From Planctomycetota bacterium (GTDB lineage: Bacteria; Planctomycetota; UBA1135; GCA-002686595), in the NCBI GenBank assembly GCA_035546375.1, contig DATKBQ010000560.1, positions 1 through 36,538 on the forward strand: DNA of 36,538 nucleotides. The letters run 5' to 3'. Positions 1 through 7,894 of this stretch are shown one piece after another. The position numbers and the translations under genes were made by a program. The notes beneath the pieces were generated by a model. That model had not been told where the DNA came from, did no database searches, and saw only the letters and a program-made list of their open reading frames with translations. Positions within the stretch are counted from its first letter, which is position 1. Each line of letters starts with the position of its first letter.

Positions 1-1327
1 CTTCGCGGCCACGATCGGCACTACGGTGTTCGACGTGAAGGGCGTGCTCGCTTACTCGACCATCTCGCAGCTCGGCTTCATGGTCGCCGCCGTGGGCCTG
101 GGCGGGGTCGTGGCCGGCATGTTCCACATGCTGACGCACGCCTTCTTCAAGGCCTGCTTGTTCCTGTGCGCGGGCAGCGTGATCCACGGCTGCCACCACG
201 AGCAGGACATGCGCCGCATGGGCGGCCTGCGGCGCTTCATGCCGGTGACCTTCGCCTGCATGCTGGTCTCGACGCTGGCGATCTCGGGCCTGCCCTTGTT
301 CTCGGGGTTCTACTCCAAGGACAAGATCGTGATGGCGGCCTTCGAGTCGAACCTGGCGCATTTCAGCGGAGCCAACCTCTTCGCGGCGATCGCGCTGCCC
401 GCGGCGGCGGCCTTGACCGCCTTCTACATGTTCCGGCTGATCTTCATGACCTTCTTCGGCGAGTATCGCGGCCTGGCCGTCGCGCATGCGCCCGCCGCCG
501 GCTACGGCCACGAGCCGATCGAGCACGGACTTTCTGCGAAGGAGGAGGCCGGCTCCGCCGTCTTCCATGCCGCCCACGACCGCGAGGAGATCACCGAAGC
601 GCTGTCCGAGGCGCACCCCCCGCCCGGGGAGCACGCGCACGACCACGGCCAGCACCTGCCGCACGAGTCACCGTGGCCGATGACCGTCGCGCTCTCTGCG
701 CTCGCGCTGCTCGGGATCTTCGGCGGGCACCTGTGGCTGAACGGCGACCTGCTCGGGTCGCACACCTGGTTCGAGACCGTGGTGACGCCGGAGCGGCTCT
801 ATGGAGCGCCGGTCGCCGCGGCGATCGCCCGCGAGGTCTCGCCCGAGGTCGAGCACCAAGCGCACACGCTGGCGCTCGCCGTCTCGCTCTCGGTCGCGCT
901 GCTCGGCATCCTGGTCGCCTGGCTCGTCTACGGGCGCGGCTGGCAGCGGGCGCAGGCGATCACCGCGCGGGTCACCGGCGCCCTCGGCGAGGCCTACCAC
1001 GCCGTGGCGCGCAAGTACTACATCGACGAGCTGGTGAACGCGGGCGCCGTCCGCGGCTCGATGCTGCTCGCCGCCGGCCTGACCCTGTTCGACCGCCACG
1101 TGATCGACGGGCTCGTGAACCTGGCCGGGCGCACCGGCCGCTCGATCGGGTTCTTCTCCGGCTGGTTCGACCGCATCTTCGTCGACGGCGCGGTGAACGG
1201 CGTCGCGCTCCTCACCCAGGCCTTCGGATCCCTCGTGCGCCTGTTCCAGACCGGCAGGGTCCAGCAGTACGCCGCCTTCGCCGTCGCCGGCGGCCTGGCG
1301 GTCGCCGCCTGGCTGATCCTGCTCTGA
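1..1327 (+). CDS. nuoL: NADH-quinone oxidoreductase (complex I) subunit L, C-terminal part; the 5' end lies outside the window
   Basis: The frame of ORF 26..1327 stays open to the left window edge. It carries antiporter-like NuoL motifs (YSTISQLGFM, HAFFKACLFLCAGSVIH, HESPWPM before the terminal TM helices). Codon position 3 is strongly G/C. nuoM and nuoN follow directly. Confidence 0.93.
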   Translation, partial: FAATIGTTVFDVKGVLAYSTISQLGFMVAAVGLGGVVAGMFHMLTHAFFKACLFLCAGSVIHGCHHEQDMRRMGGLRRFMPVTFACMLVSTLAISGLPLFSGFYSKDKIVMAAFESNLAHFSGANLFAAIALPAAAALTAFYMFRLIFMTFFGEYRGLAVAHAPAAGYGHEPIEHGLSAKEEAGSAVFHAAHDREEITEALSEAHPPPGEHAHDHGQHLPHESPWPMTVALSALALLGIFGGHLWLNGDLLGSHTWFETVVTPERLYGAPVAAAIAREVSPEVEHQAHTLALAVSLSVALLGILVAWLVYGRGWQRAQAITARVTGALGEAYHAVARKYYIDELVNAGAVRGSMLLAAGLTLFDRHVIDGLVNLAGRTGRSIGFFSGWFDRIFVDGAVNGVALLTQAFGSLVRLFQTGRVQQYAAFAVAGGLAVAAWLILL

Positions 1328-1345
1328 TCCCACACCACCTCCAGC

Positions 1346-2881
1346 ATGCAAGAGCACATCCTCTCCTGGATCACCTTCGTCCCGCTGATCGGCATGGCGG
1401 CGATCCTCTTCCTGCCGGGAACGGCGAAGAGCGCCATCAAGGCCGTCAGCCTCGCGGCGACCGCGATCCCCTTGGTGCTCGCGACCTGGCTCTACTTCGG
1501 CCTGTTCGACAAGACCTCGGGGGAGCTCCAGTTCGTCGAGAACGCCGCCTGGATCCGCACGATCGGCGCGAACTACCACTTGGGGGTCGACGGGCTCTCG
1601 CTGGCGTTGATCTGGCTGGCCACGCTGCTGCTCTTCATCGGCGTTCCGGCGAGCTTCGGGATCGAGCGCGCGGGAAAGGCCTACTACGCCCTGCTCCTGC
1701 TCCTGGAGGTCGGGATCGTCGGCGTCTTCGTGGCGCTCGACTTCTTCCTCTTCTACGTCTTCTGGGAGATCATGCTGCTCCCCATGTACTTCCTGATCGG
1801 GATCTGGGGCGGGCCCAGACGGGAGTACGCGGCGATCAAGTTCTTCCTCTACACGCTGGCCGGCTCGGTCCTGATGCTGGTCGCGATCGTCGCGCTGAGG
1901 CTGGACAGCGGGACGTTCGACATCCCGCGCATGACCGCGCTGGCGCAATCGGGACAGCTCACCGGCGCGAACCTCGGGGCAGGCCAAGGCGCGCTGCTCG
2001 GCATGGAGTTCACGACCTGGGTCTTCTGGTTCCTGTTCGTGGGCTTCGCGATCAAGGTGCCGGTGTTCCCGTTCCACACCTGGCTGCCCGACGCCCACGT
2101 CGAGGCGCCGACGCCGATCTCGGTCATCCTGGCCGGGATCCTGCTCAAGCTCGGCGGGTACGGCATGCTGCGCGCGTGCTTCCCGATCGTCCCCGACGCT
2201 TTCAGGAGCTTCGCCCTGGCGCTGGCGATCCTGGGCGTGATCAACATCGTCTACGGCGCTTTCGTCGCGCTGGGGCAGACCGACTTCAAGAAGATGGTCG
2301 CCTACAGCTCGGTGAGCCACATGGGCTACGTGCTGCTCGGCATGGCCGCCCTGACCCAGTGGGGGATGGAGGGCGCGGCGCTGCAGATGTTCAACCACGG
2401 GACGTCGGCGGCCGTCCTGTTCCTCGTCGTCGGCGTGATCTACGACCGAGCGCACCACCGGGACCTCAACGGGTTCGGCGGGCTCTCGCAGGTCGCTCCG
2501 CGCTACTGGGCGCTGACCACGCTGGCCTTCTTCGCCGCGCTGGGCCTGCCTGGACTGGCCGGGTTCGTCTCCGAGGCGATGACGCTGATCGGCGCCTTCC
2601 AGGCCGACGACAAGACCTTCCAGGTGCTGGTCTTGATCTCGGTCCTGGGGATCGTGTTCACGGCGGCCTTCCTGCTCTGGGCCATGCAGCGCGTCTACCT
2701 CGGCCCGCTCAACCCGAAGTACGCCAAGCTGACCGACATCAACGCGCGCGAGGTGTTCTGCCAGGCGCCGCTCTTGTTCCTGTGCGTCGCGCTCGGCGTG
2801 ATGCCCTGGTACCTGCTCGACTGGATGCGGCCGAGCGTGGAGAACCTGGTGCGCCTGCTCTCGGGCGGGGCGCAGGGCTAG
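1346..2881 (+). CDS. nuoM: NADH-quinone oxidoreductase subunit M
   Basis: 511-aa polytopic protein with NuoM/ND4 motifs (FFLFYVFWEIMLLPMYFLIGIWGG, HTWLPDAHVEAPTPISV, VSHMGYVLLG). Starts 18 nt after the nuoL stop. Confidence 0.95.
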   Translation: MQEHILSWITFVPLIGMAAILFLPGTAKSAIKAVSLAATAIPLVLATWLYFGLFDKTSGELQFVENAAWIRTIGANYHLGVDGLSLALIWLATLLLFIGVPASFGIERAGKAYYALLLLLEVGIVGVFVALDFFLFYVFWEIMLLPMYFLIGIWGGPRREYAAIKFFLYTLAGSVLMLVAIVALRLDSGTFDIPRMTALAQSGQLTGANLGAGQGALLGMEFTTWVFWFLFVGFAIKVPVFPFHTWLPDAHVEAPTPISVILAGILLKLGGYGMLRACFPIVPDAFRSFALALAILGVINIVYGAFVALGQTDFKKMVAYSSVSHMGYVLLGMAALTQWGMEGAALQMFNHGTSAAVLFLVVGVIYDRAHHRDLNGFGGLSQVAPRYWALTTLAFFAALGLPGLAGFVSEAMTLIGAFQADDKTFQVLVLISVLGIVFTAAFLLWAMQRVYLGPLNPKYAKLTDINAREVFCQAPLLFLCVALGVMPWYLLDWMRPSVENLVRLLSGGAQG

Positions 2882-2882
2882 A

Positions 2883-2995
2883 CGTCTTGGCCCGCAGGAG
2901 CATCCAGAATGAATCAAGCTTTCAGGGCCAAGACGGCTAGCTCGCGGCACGCGGCCGCAGGCCGCATGTGCCGCAGCCGCGCCAGCAGGCGCGGC
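2883..2995 (+). other. Three consecutive stem-loops in the unusually long nuoM-nuoN spacer
   Basis: CGTCTTGGCCC (2883..2893) / GGGCCAAGACG (2925..2935). GCGGCAC+GCGGCC (2944..2956) / GGCCGC+GTGCCGC (2960..2974). GCCGCGCC (2976..2983) / GGCGCGGC (2988..2995). Confidence 0.5.
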
Positions 2996-3098
2996 GCGTG
3001 CATCGGTTTCCGGAAGTCTTGCCTTGGCGGCCGACGTTCTACCTCGAGCGATGCTCTTCGGGCTGGGGTAGAACCCCGCTAGACCCGCAGAACGAACC

Positions 3099-4604
3099 GT
3101 GAACGAAGCCTACCTCGCCGGCCTGACGGCCCTCGCGCCGGAGATCGCCTTGACGGCGACTGCGTTCGCGGTCCTGGTCTTCGACCTGCTGACGCGCGGG
3201 CGCGACTCGCGCCGCTCCGGATGGCTCTCGCTCGCGGGCCTGGCGGTCACCGGCCTCCTGCTCGCCGGCCAGTGGGACCTCGAGCGGCAGACCGTCTTCG
3301 GCATGGTCACGGTCGATCGCTTCGGCAGCTTCTTCAAGCTCTTCACGGTCGCCGCGGTCGCGGTGGTCGTCCTGTTCGTGATGCACGACCGCCGCGAGCG
3401 GCGCCACGGGATCGGGGAGTACTTCTTCCTCCTGCTCGGGGCCGCGATCGGCGTGTTCTTCATGGTCAGCACGAACAACCTCCTGCTGCTCGTCCTCGGC
3501 CTGGAGCTCTTGAGCCTGGCGTCGTACTCGCTGGCCGGCTTCCACAAGGGCGACCGGCGCTCGGCCGAGGCGTCGATGAAGTACGTGATCTTCGGCGGCC
3601 TCTCGACCGGGATCATGCTCTACGGGATCAGCCTGCTGTACGGCTTGACGGGCACGCTCGATCTCCGGCTGATGGGCAGCGGCGGCGCCGAAGGCGTCGG
3701 ACTCGCCCACCAGCTCTCGGTCAGCCCGGTGCCGCTGGGGATCGCGGTGGTGCTGGTCTTGGCCGGATTCGCGTACAAGGTCTCGGTCGCGCCGTTCCAC
3801 TTCTGGGCGCCGGACGTCTACGAGGGCGCGCCCACGCCGGTCACCACCTTCCTGGCGGTGGCGAGCAAGGCCGCGGGATTCGGGGCGCTCCTGCGCTTCC
3901 TCGGGGCGCTGTTCATGGCCGACGGCGTGCAGCAGAGCGTCGCCGACTACGGCGCGCGCATCGGGCTCCTGCTCGCGGCGCTCTCGGCGATCACGATGAC
4001 ACTCGGCAACCTGGCCGCGGTGCGCCAAGCGAGCCTCAAGCGGATGCTCGCCTACTCGTCGATCGCCCACGCGGGCTACGTCCTGATCGGGCTCGCCTGC
4101 ATGACCCACACGGGGTTCACGGCGGCGATGTACTACCTCGCCGCCTACTACTTCATGAACCTCGGCGCCTTCGGCGTGCTGCTCTACTTCGAGGGCCTGA
4201 CCGGATCCGACGCGATCGAAGACCTCCAGGGCCTGGGGTTCCGCACGCCGGTGGTCTCGGTGGCGATGGTGGTGTTCCTCGTCAGCCTGACCGGGCTCCC
4301 GCCGACCGTCGGCTTCTTCGGCAAGTACCTCTTGTTCATCGAGGGCTGGGACGCGGGCCTGGGGTGGCTGGTCGTCGTCGCCGCGCTGAACAGCGTTATC
4401 AGCCTCTTCTACTACTTCCGCGTCGCCAAGGCGCTGTTCCTGGCGCGGCCCTCGGAGCGCGAGCTCGTCCCGCAGCCGGTCCTCGCCGGCTTCCTCGCGA
4501 TCCTCGGCGCCGGGACCGTGCTGTTCGGGCTCTACGTGACTCCCTTGCAGCACTGGGCGAGCCGCAGCCTCGATATCCTCGAGGCATGGAGCCGCTCGAG
4601 CTGA
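3099..4604 (+). CDS. nuoN: NADH-quinone oxidoreductase subunit N
   Basis: GTG start, 501 aa. NuoN/ND2 motifs (APFHFWAPDVYEGAPTPVTTFLAV, SKAAGF, MLAYSSIAHAGY). Terminal gene of a nuo operon. Confidence 0.95.
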   Translation: MNEAYLAGLTALAPEIALTATAFAVLVFDLLTRGRDSRRSGWLSLAGLAVTGLLLAGQWDLERQTVFGMVTVDRFGSFFKLFTVAAVAVVVLFVMHDRRERRHGIGEYFFLLLGAAIGVFFMVSTNNLLLLVLGLELLSLASYSLAGFHKGDRRSAEASMKYVIFGGLSTGIMLYGISLLYGLTGTLDLRLMGSGGAEGVGLAHQLSVSPVPLGIAVVLVLAGFAYKVSVAPFHFWAPDVYEGAPTPVTTFLAVASKAAGFGALLRFLGALFMADGVQQSVADYGARIGLLLAALSAITMTLGNLAAVRQASLKRMLAYSSIAHAGYVLIGLACMTHTGFTAAMYYLAAYYFMNLGAFGVLLYFEGLTGSDAIEDLQGLGFRTPVVSVAMVVFLVSLTGLPPTVGFFGKYLLFIEGWDAGLGWLVVVAALNSVISLFYYFRVAKALFLARPSERELVPQPVLAGFLAILGAGTVLFGLYVTPLQHWASRSLDILEAWSRSS

Positions 4605-4627
4605 GGAAACGCTACAAGGGAGGCCGA

Positions 4628-4732
4628 ATGTTCCAGATCGCAGCCCTCGGATGGATGGAGTTGCTCTCCGTGGCCCTGGTCGCGGCCGTCGCGAGCGGGG
4701 CGGTGGTCCTCGTGGCGCGCGGGCGCCGCTGA
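4628..4732 (+). CDS. Candidate 34-aa single-pass membrane protein (MFQIAALGWMELLSVALVAAVASGAVVLVARGRR)
   Basis: ATG at 4628 lies 4 nt after a strong Shine-Dalgarno AAGGGAGG (4616..4623) and 24 nt after the nuoN stop. Only 2 of 34 codons lack G/C at position 3. One hydrophobic helix is followed by an RGRR anchor. Too short for the ORF track; it is the tail of shadow ORF 3221..4732. Confidence 0.45.
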   Translation: MFQIAALGWMELLSVALVAAVASGAVVLVARGRR

Positions 4733-4774
4733 AGGACCTGAGCTCGGCCGGGGCGGTCGCCCCGGCGCGAAACC

Positions 4775-5479
4775 TCAGCCAGCCGGCCTCGCCGGCTTCT
4801 CGCCGTGGATCCAGAGACTCCCCGCCGCGTGCACCGCGCGGCGCGTCTCCCAATCGGGGTAGCAAACCGAGGGCACGAACGAGGCCGGATCGCCGGGCCC
4901 GCGCGAATCGACGACGCGCGCGAGCCGCATGCCGGCGAAGCCCGCCCGCTCGAAGGCTTGCCTCCAGCCCGCCTCGGAGAGCCGATGCATCGCGACGCCG
5001 GTGAAGCAGCTCCACTGGGCGGTCGCGGCGCTCTCCTCGTAGTAGTCGACGACGACCTCCAGCGATCCGCCGGGCGCAAGCACCCGGAAGGCCTCGCCGA
5101 GAGCGCGGTCCAGGTCGACCGCGTAGTACAAGGCCTCCATCGAGAACACCCGATCGAAGCTGGCCTCCGCGAGCGGCAAGCGCTCGAAGGGCGCGACCTC
5201 GTAGCGCGCGCGGATCGTGAACGAGTGCAAGGCCTCGGCGCGCTCGACCATCGCCGGCGAGACGTCGATGCCGACGGCCGACACGCCTGGCGCCGCGCGC
5301 GCCAGGAGCCGCGTCGCCCAGCCGTTCCCGCAGCCGAGGTCGAGGATCCGCTCGCCGGGCCGGATCGCGAGCCGATCCAGCACCTGGCGAACGACGTCGC
5401 CATGCTCGCGCTCCATCGAGCCGTCGCGGCCCTCGGCCGCCCAGCCGTCGAAGGTCTTCGCGAGGGTTTCGTGGCTCAT
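4775..5479 (-). CDS. Class I SAM-dependent methyltransferase (Methyltransf_11/25-like)
   Basis: Internal ATG at 5479 (MSHETLAKTF...) of ORF 4775..5584. SAM-binding motif I ILDLGCGNGW, then a post-I acidic residue (GIDVSP) and a typical LAPGG motif. The upstream ORF extension is Arg/Gly-rich junk. Confidence 0.85.
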   Translation of the reverse strand: MSHETLAKTFDGWAAEGRDGSMEREHGDVVRQVLDRLAIRPGERILDLGCGNGWATRLLARAAPGVSAVGIDVSPAMVERAEALHSFTIRARYEVAPFERLPLAEASFDRVFSMEALYYAVDLDRALGEAFRVLAPGGSLEVVVDYYEESAATAQWSCFTGVAMHRLSEAGWRQAFERAGFAGMRLARVVDSRGPGDPASFVPSVCYPDWETRRAVHAAGSLWIHGEKPARPAG

Positions 5480-5523
5480 GGTCGCCGAGCGGCGAGGATA
5501 CAGTAGACGGCGTCCTGCGCGCG

Positions 5524-6396
5524 ATGCCCACCGCGAACCAAGAGCCCCAGCGGCCCCGGGGCCTGATCCCAACGCGTGGGCCATGGGTCCGCAAGCTCAA
5601 CGCGTGGCGCAAGCGCAGCCCGCTCAACCCCTACTGGATCGAGCTGTCCTGCTTGCTCCGGACCGCCGAGGCGCTCGCCCCGCACGCGCGCGGCCGACTC
5701 TTGGACGTCGGCGTCGGCGAGCGGCCGTACGGCGCGCTGTTCGCGCGGCACGTGAGCCGCTACGTAGGCCTCGAGTACCCGCCGGTCGCCGACAACCTGC
5801 ACCCGGAGATCTGGGACCGGCTGGAGGAGATCCGCGGCGTGGTCGACGTGTTCGGCGACGGCCAGCGGCTGCCCTTCCGCGACGGGTCCTTCGGCACGCT
5901 GCTCTCGCTCGAGGTGCTCGAGCACGTGCCCGACCCCGACCGCTGCCTGGCCGAGTTCGCGCGCGTGCTCGAGCCCGGCGGGCGCCTGCTGATCAGCGTC
6001 CCCTTCGCGGCCCCGCTGCACCAGCTCCCCTTCGATTTCTACCGCTTCACCCCGCGCGGGATCGAGACCCTGCTCCAGCGCAACGGCTTCGAGGTCGAGC
6101 GCATCGAGCCGCGCGGGAACTTCGCCTCGGCGGCGGGATCGACCCTGAGCCACTACATCCTGCGCGCGCTGGGCGCCAGCGGCCGCCACCACGACGGGAG
6201 CGTGACCGTGAGCCGCTGGCGGGCGCCACTCGTCCTGCCGCTGATCGCGCTGGTGCAGCTCTTCTTTGGCCTCGCCGCGCGTTTCTCGCGCGACGAGACG
6301 TTCTGCCTCGGCTACGGAGTCGTGGCGCGCAAGGGCGCCGGCGCGAGCCGCTCGAGCAGCCGATCGAGCGGCTCCAGGGTGCGCTCCCAGTCGTAG
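5524..6396 (+). CDS. Class I SAM-dependent methyltransferase with a C-terminal hydrophobic segment
   Basis: Motif I LLDVGVGERPYG, DGSFGTLLSLEVLEHVPDP, LEPGGRLLISVP. A hydrophobic helix PLVLPLIALVQLFFGLAARF sits near the C-terminus. Divergent from the previous methyltransferase across a 44-bp gap. The last ~28 codons are antisense to the GT gene. Confidence 0.8.
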   Translation: MPTANQEPQRPRGLIPTRGPWVRKLNAWRKRSPLNPYWIELSCLLRTAEALAPHARGRLLDVGVGERPYGALFARHVSRYVGLEYPPVADNLHPEIWDRLEEIRGVVDVFGDGQRLPFRDGSFGTLLSLEVLEHVPDPDRCLAEFARVLEPGGRLLISVPFAAPLHQLPFDFYRFTPRGIETLLQRNGFEVERIEPRGNFASAAGSTLSHYILRALGASGRHHDGSVTVSRWRAPLVLPLIALVQLFFGLAARFSRDETFCLGYGVVARKGAGASRSSSRSSGSRVRSQS

Positions 6397-7508
6397 CGCT
6401 CCTCGACCAGGCGCCGCCCGCGCATTCCCAGGGCGCGCGCGCCGGCGGGGTCGGCGAGTAGGCCGCGGACCGCTTCGGCCTCGGCCTCGGCGTCGTCCGC
6501 GACGAGGTAGTGCTCGCCCGGCGTGCCCTCGATCCCCTGCGTCGCCGCCGTCGTGCCCACGACCGGCAAGCCCATGGCGAGCGCCTCGAGCACCTTGTTC
6601 TGGATCCCGCGCGCGATCCGCAGCGGCGCGACGGCGACCGACGCGCGGGCTAGCCAGTCGCGGGTGTCGGGGACGAAGCCGGTGACCTCGACCGCGCGCA
6701 GGCGCGCCAGGCGGCGCACCCTCGGCGTCGGATGCGCTCCGACGATCGAGAAGTGCGCCGAGGGGAAATGCTCGCGCACGCGCGGCAGGACCTCGTGCGC
6801 GAAGTGCACGCAAGCGTCGGCGTTCGGCAGGTAGTCCATGACGCCGGTGAAGACGATATGACCGGGCTCGGATCGCTCCGGCGCCGGGGCGAAGCGCTCG
6901 AGGTCGACGCCGTTGCGCACGACGATCGAGCTGGCGCCGGGCACCGCGCGCTGGAAGACCTGCTGCTCGAGCGGCGTGCAGAAGACGTTCTCGGAGAAGC
7001 TCCGCGCGATCCGCCGCTCGAGCTCGAGCAGCGTGCGCTGCTCGCGGCGGTAGATCCAGCGCGCCGGCCCGCGCGAGCGCTCCGCGTACTGGCGCCACTT
7101 GTCGGAGTCCAGCTCGGCGAAGTGCATCACCCGCAGCAGGCCGGCGTGCCGCTCGAGGAACGCGCCCATGGACGAGGAATAGGCGTAGGCGAGCTCGGCG
7201 CGCGGCACGAGCCGGTCGACCTCCCCCTGGAGGCGCGGCGAGCCGTACACGCCGAGCGTCAGCGGCCTCGTGGTCAGGAGCAGGGGCAGCGAACGCAGCT
7301 TCGCGCCGCGGCGCAAGGGGACGGCGACGGTCGGGACGCCGAGCCGCTCCAGCTCGCCCGCCGCGCGCAGGTCGTCCTCGCCGTGGGCGAAGGCGACGCA
7401 GGTGACCTCGTGCGCGCGCCGCATCCGCTCGATCAGCCTCCAGGTCGTGATCTTGTCGCCGCGGTTGGGCGGATAGGGAACGCGTTGGGAGAGGAACAGG
7501 ATCCTCAC
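6312..7508 (-). CDS. GT4-family (GT-B fold) glycosyltransferase; the N-terminus resembles the PEP-CTERM/EpsH1-associated sugar transferase family (TIGR03087, from memory)
   Basis: GTG at 7508 gives VRILFLSQRVPYPPNRGDKITTW..., the family-typical N-terminus. The C-terminal half has GT4-like motifs (VVFTGVMDY, APLRIARGIQNKVLEALAMGLPVVGT). The ORF-track extension to 7808 is Arg-rich and overlaps the upstream gene. Confidence 0.85.
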   Translation of the reverse strand: MRILFLSQRVPYPPNRGDKITTWRLIERMRRAHEVTCVAFAHGEDDLRAAGELERLGVPTVAVPLRRGAKLRSLPLLLTTRPLTLGVYGSPRLQGEVDRLVPRAELAYAYSSSMGAFLERHAGLLRVMHFAELDSDKWRQYAERSRGPARWIYRREQRTLLELERRIARSFSENVFCTPLEQQVFQRAVPGASSIVVRNGVDLERFAPAPERSEPGHIVFTGVMDYLPNADACVHFAHEVLPRVREHFPSAHFSIVGAHPTPRVRRLARLRAVEVTGFVPDTRDWLARASVAVAPLRIARGIQNKVLEALAMGLPVVGTTAATQGIEGTPGEHYLVADDAEAEAEAVRGLLADPAGARALGMRGRRLVEERYDWERTLEPLDRLLERLAPAPLRATTP

Positions 7509-7894
7509 TGCGCGTATCCGAGACTCTGGAGCACGGCGCGCTCGCGCGGATCGAGCGGCCGCGTCGAGAGCGGGATGCGCAGGTCCTGGACCAGGCCTTC
7601 GAGGCGCTCGAAGACCTCCGGCCGCTCGAGTGCGAGGCCGAGGTAGACCGCCTGGCAAGCCGTCCAAGCTGGAGCCGCGCGCATCGCACGTGGAACCAGC
7701 CGCGCGAGCAGCGCCACGGCCAGGCCGAGGAGTGCGCACACGGCGAGCGTGGCGGCGGTGGCTACGACGACTTCGCGCGCCGCGGGCGCGGCGCGCCCGG
7801 CGTGCCACGCGAGATCGACGAGCCCGATCGCGGTCGCCGCGAGCACGAAGCCGGCGAGCGAGTTGCGGCGCGCGCTGCTCCGCTGGGCAGTCAA
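7505..7894 (-). CDS. Small hypothetical membrane protein with two predicted TM helices; the start is uncertain (TTG 7894 or GTG 7846)
   Basis: This is the C-terminal tail of shadow ORF 7505..10120 and shows high position-3 G/C. Hydrophobic segments are LAGFVLAATAIGLVDLAW and VVVATAATLAVCALLGLAVALLARLV. The TTG candidate start overlaps the helicase TGA. Its own TGA overlaps the GT start (GTGA at 7505..7508). Confidence 0.5.
   Translation of the reverse strand: MTAQRSSARRNSLAGFVLAATAIGLVDLAWHAGRAAPAAREVVVATAATLAVCALLGLAVALLARLVPRAMRAAPAWTACQAVYLGLALERPEVFERLEGLVQDLRIPLSTRPLDPRERAVLQSLGYAQ

Noticed and set aside
166-2950. Very long ORFs overlapping nuoL/nuoM on another + frame (166..2940, 924 aa) and antisense (668..2950, 760 aa). 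Similar giants occur elsewhere (3039..5627 -, 7630..11361 +, 11123..14176 -, 17490..20258 +, 21083..23266 -, 24385..26064 -).
   Set aside because: Their translations are Arg/Pro/Gly/Ala-rich low-complexity strings. They lack the position-3 G/C bias of the real frame, and each overlaps a gene with unmistakable family motifs. They are typical shadow ORFs of high-GC DNA.
2909-3082. 57-aa ORF in the nuoM-nuoN spacer, with AGGAG 8 nt upstream of its ATG.
   Set aside because: The product is Arg/Cys/Ser-rich. Position-3 G/C is only ~70%, against ~90% in neighbouring genes. The reading frame runs straight through the three stem-loops. The RBS-like site is more likely coincidental.
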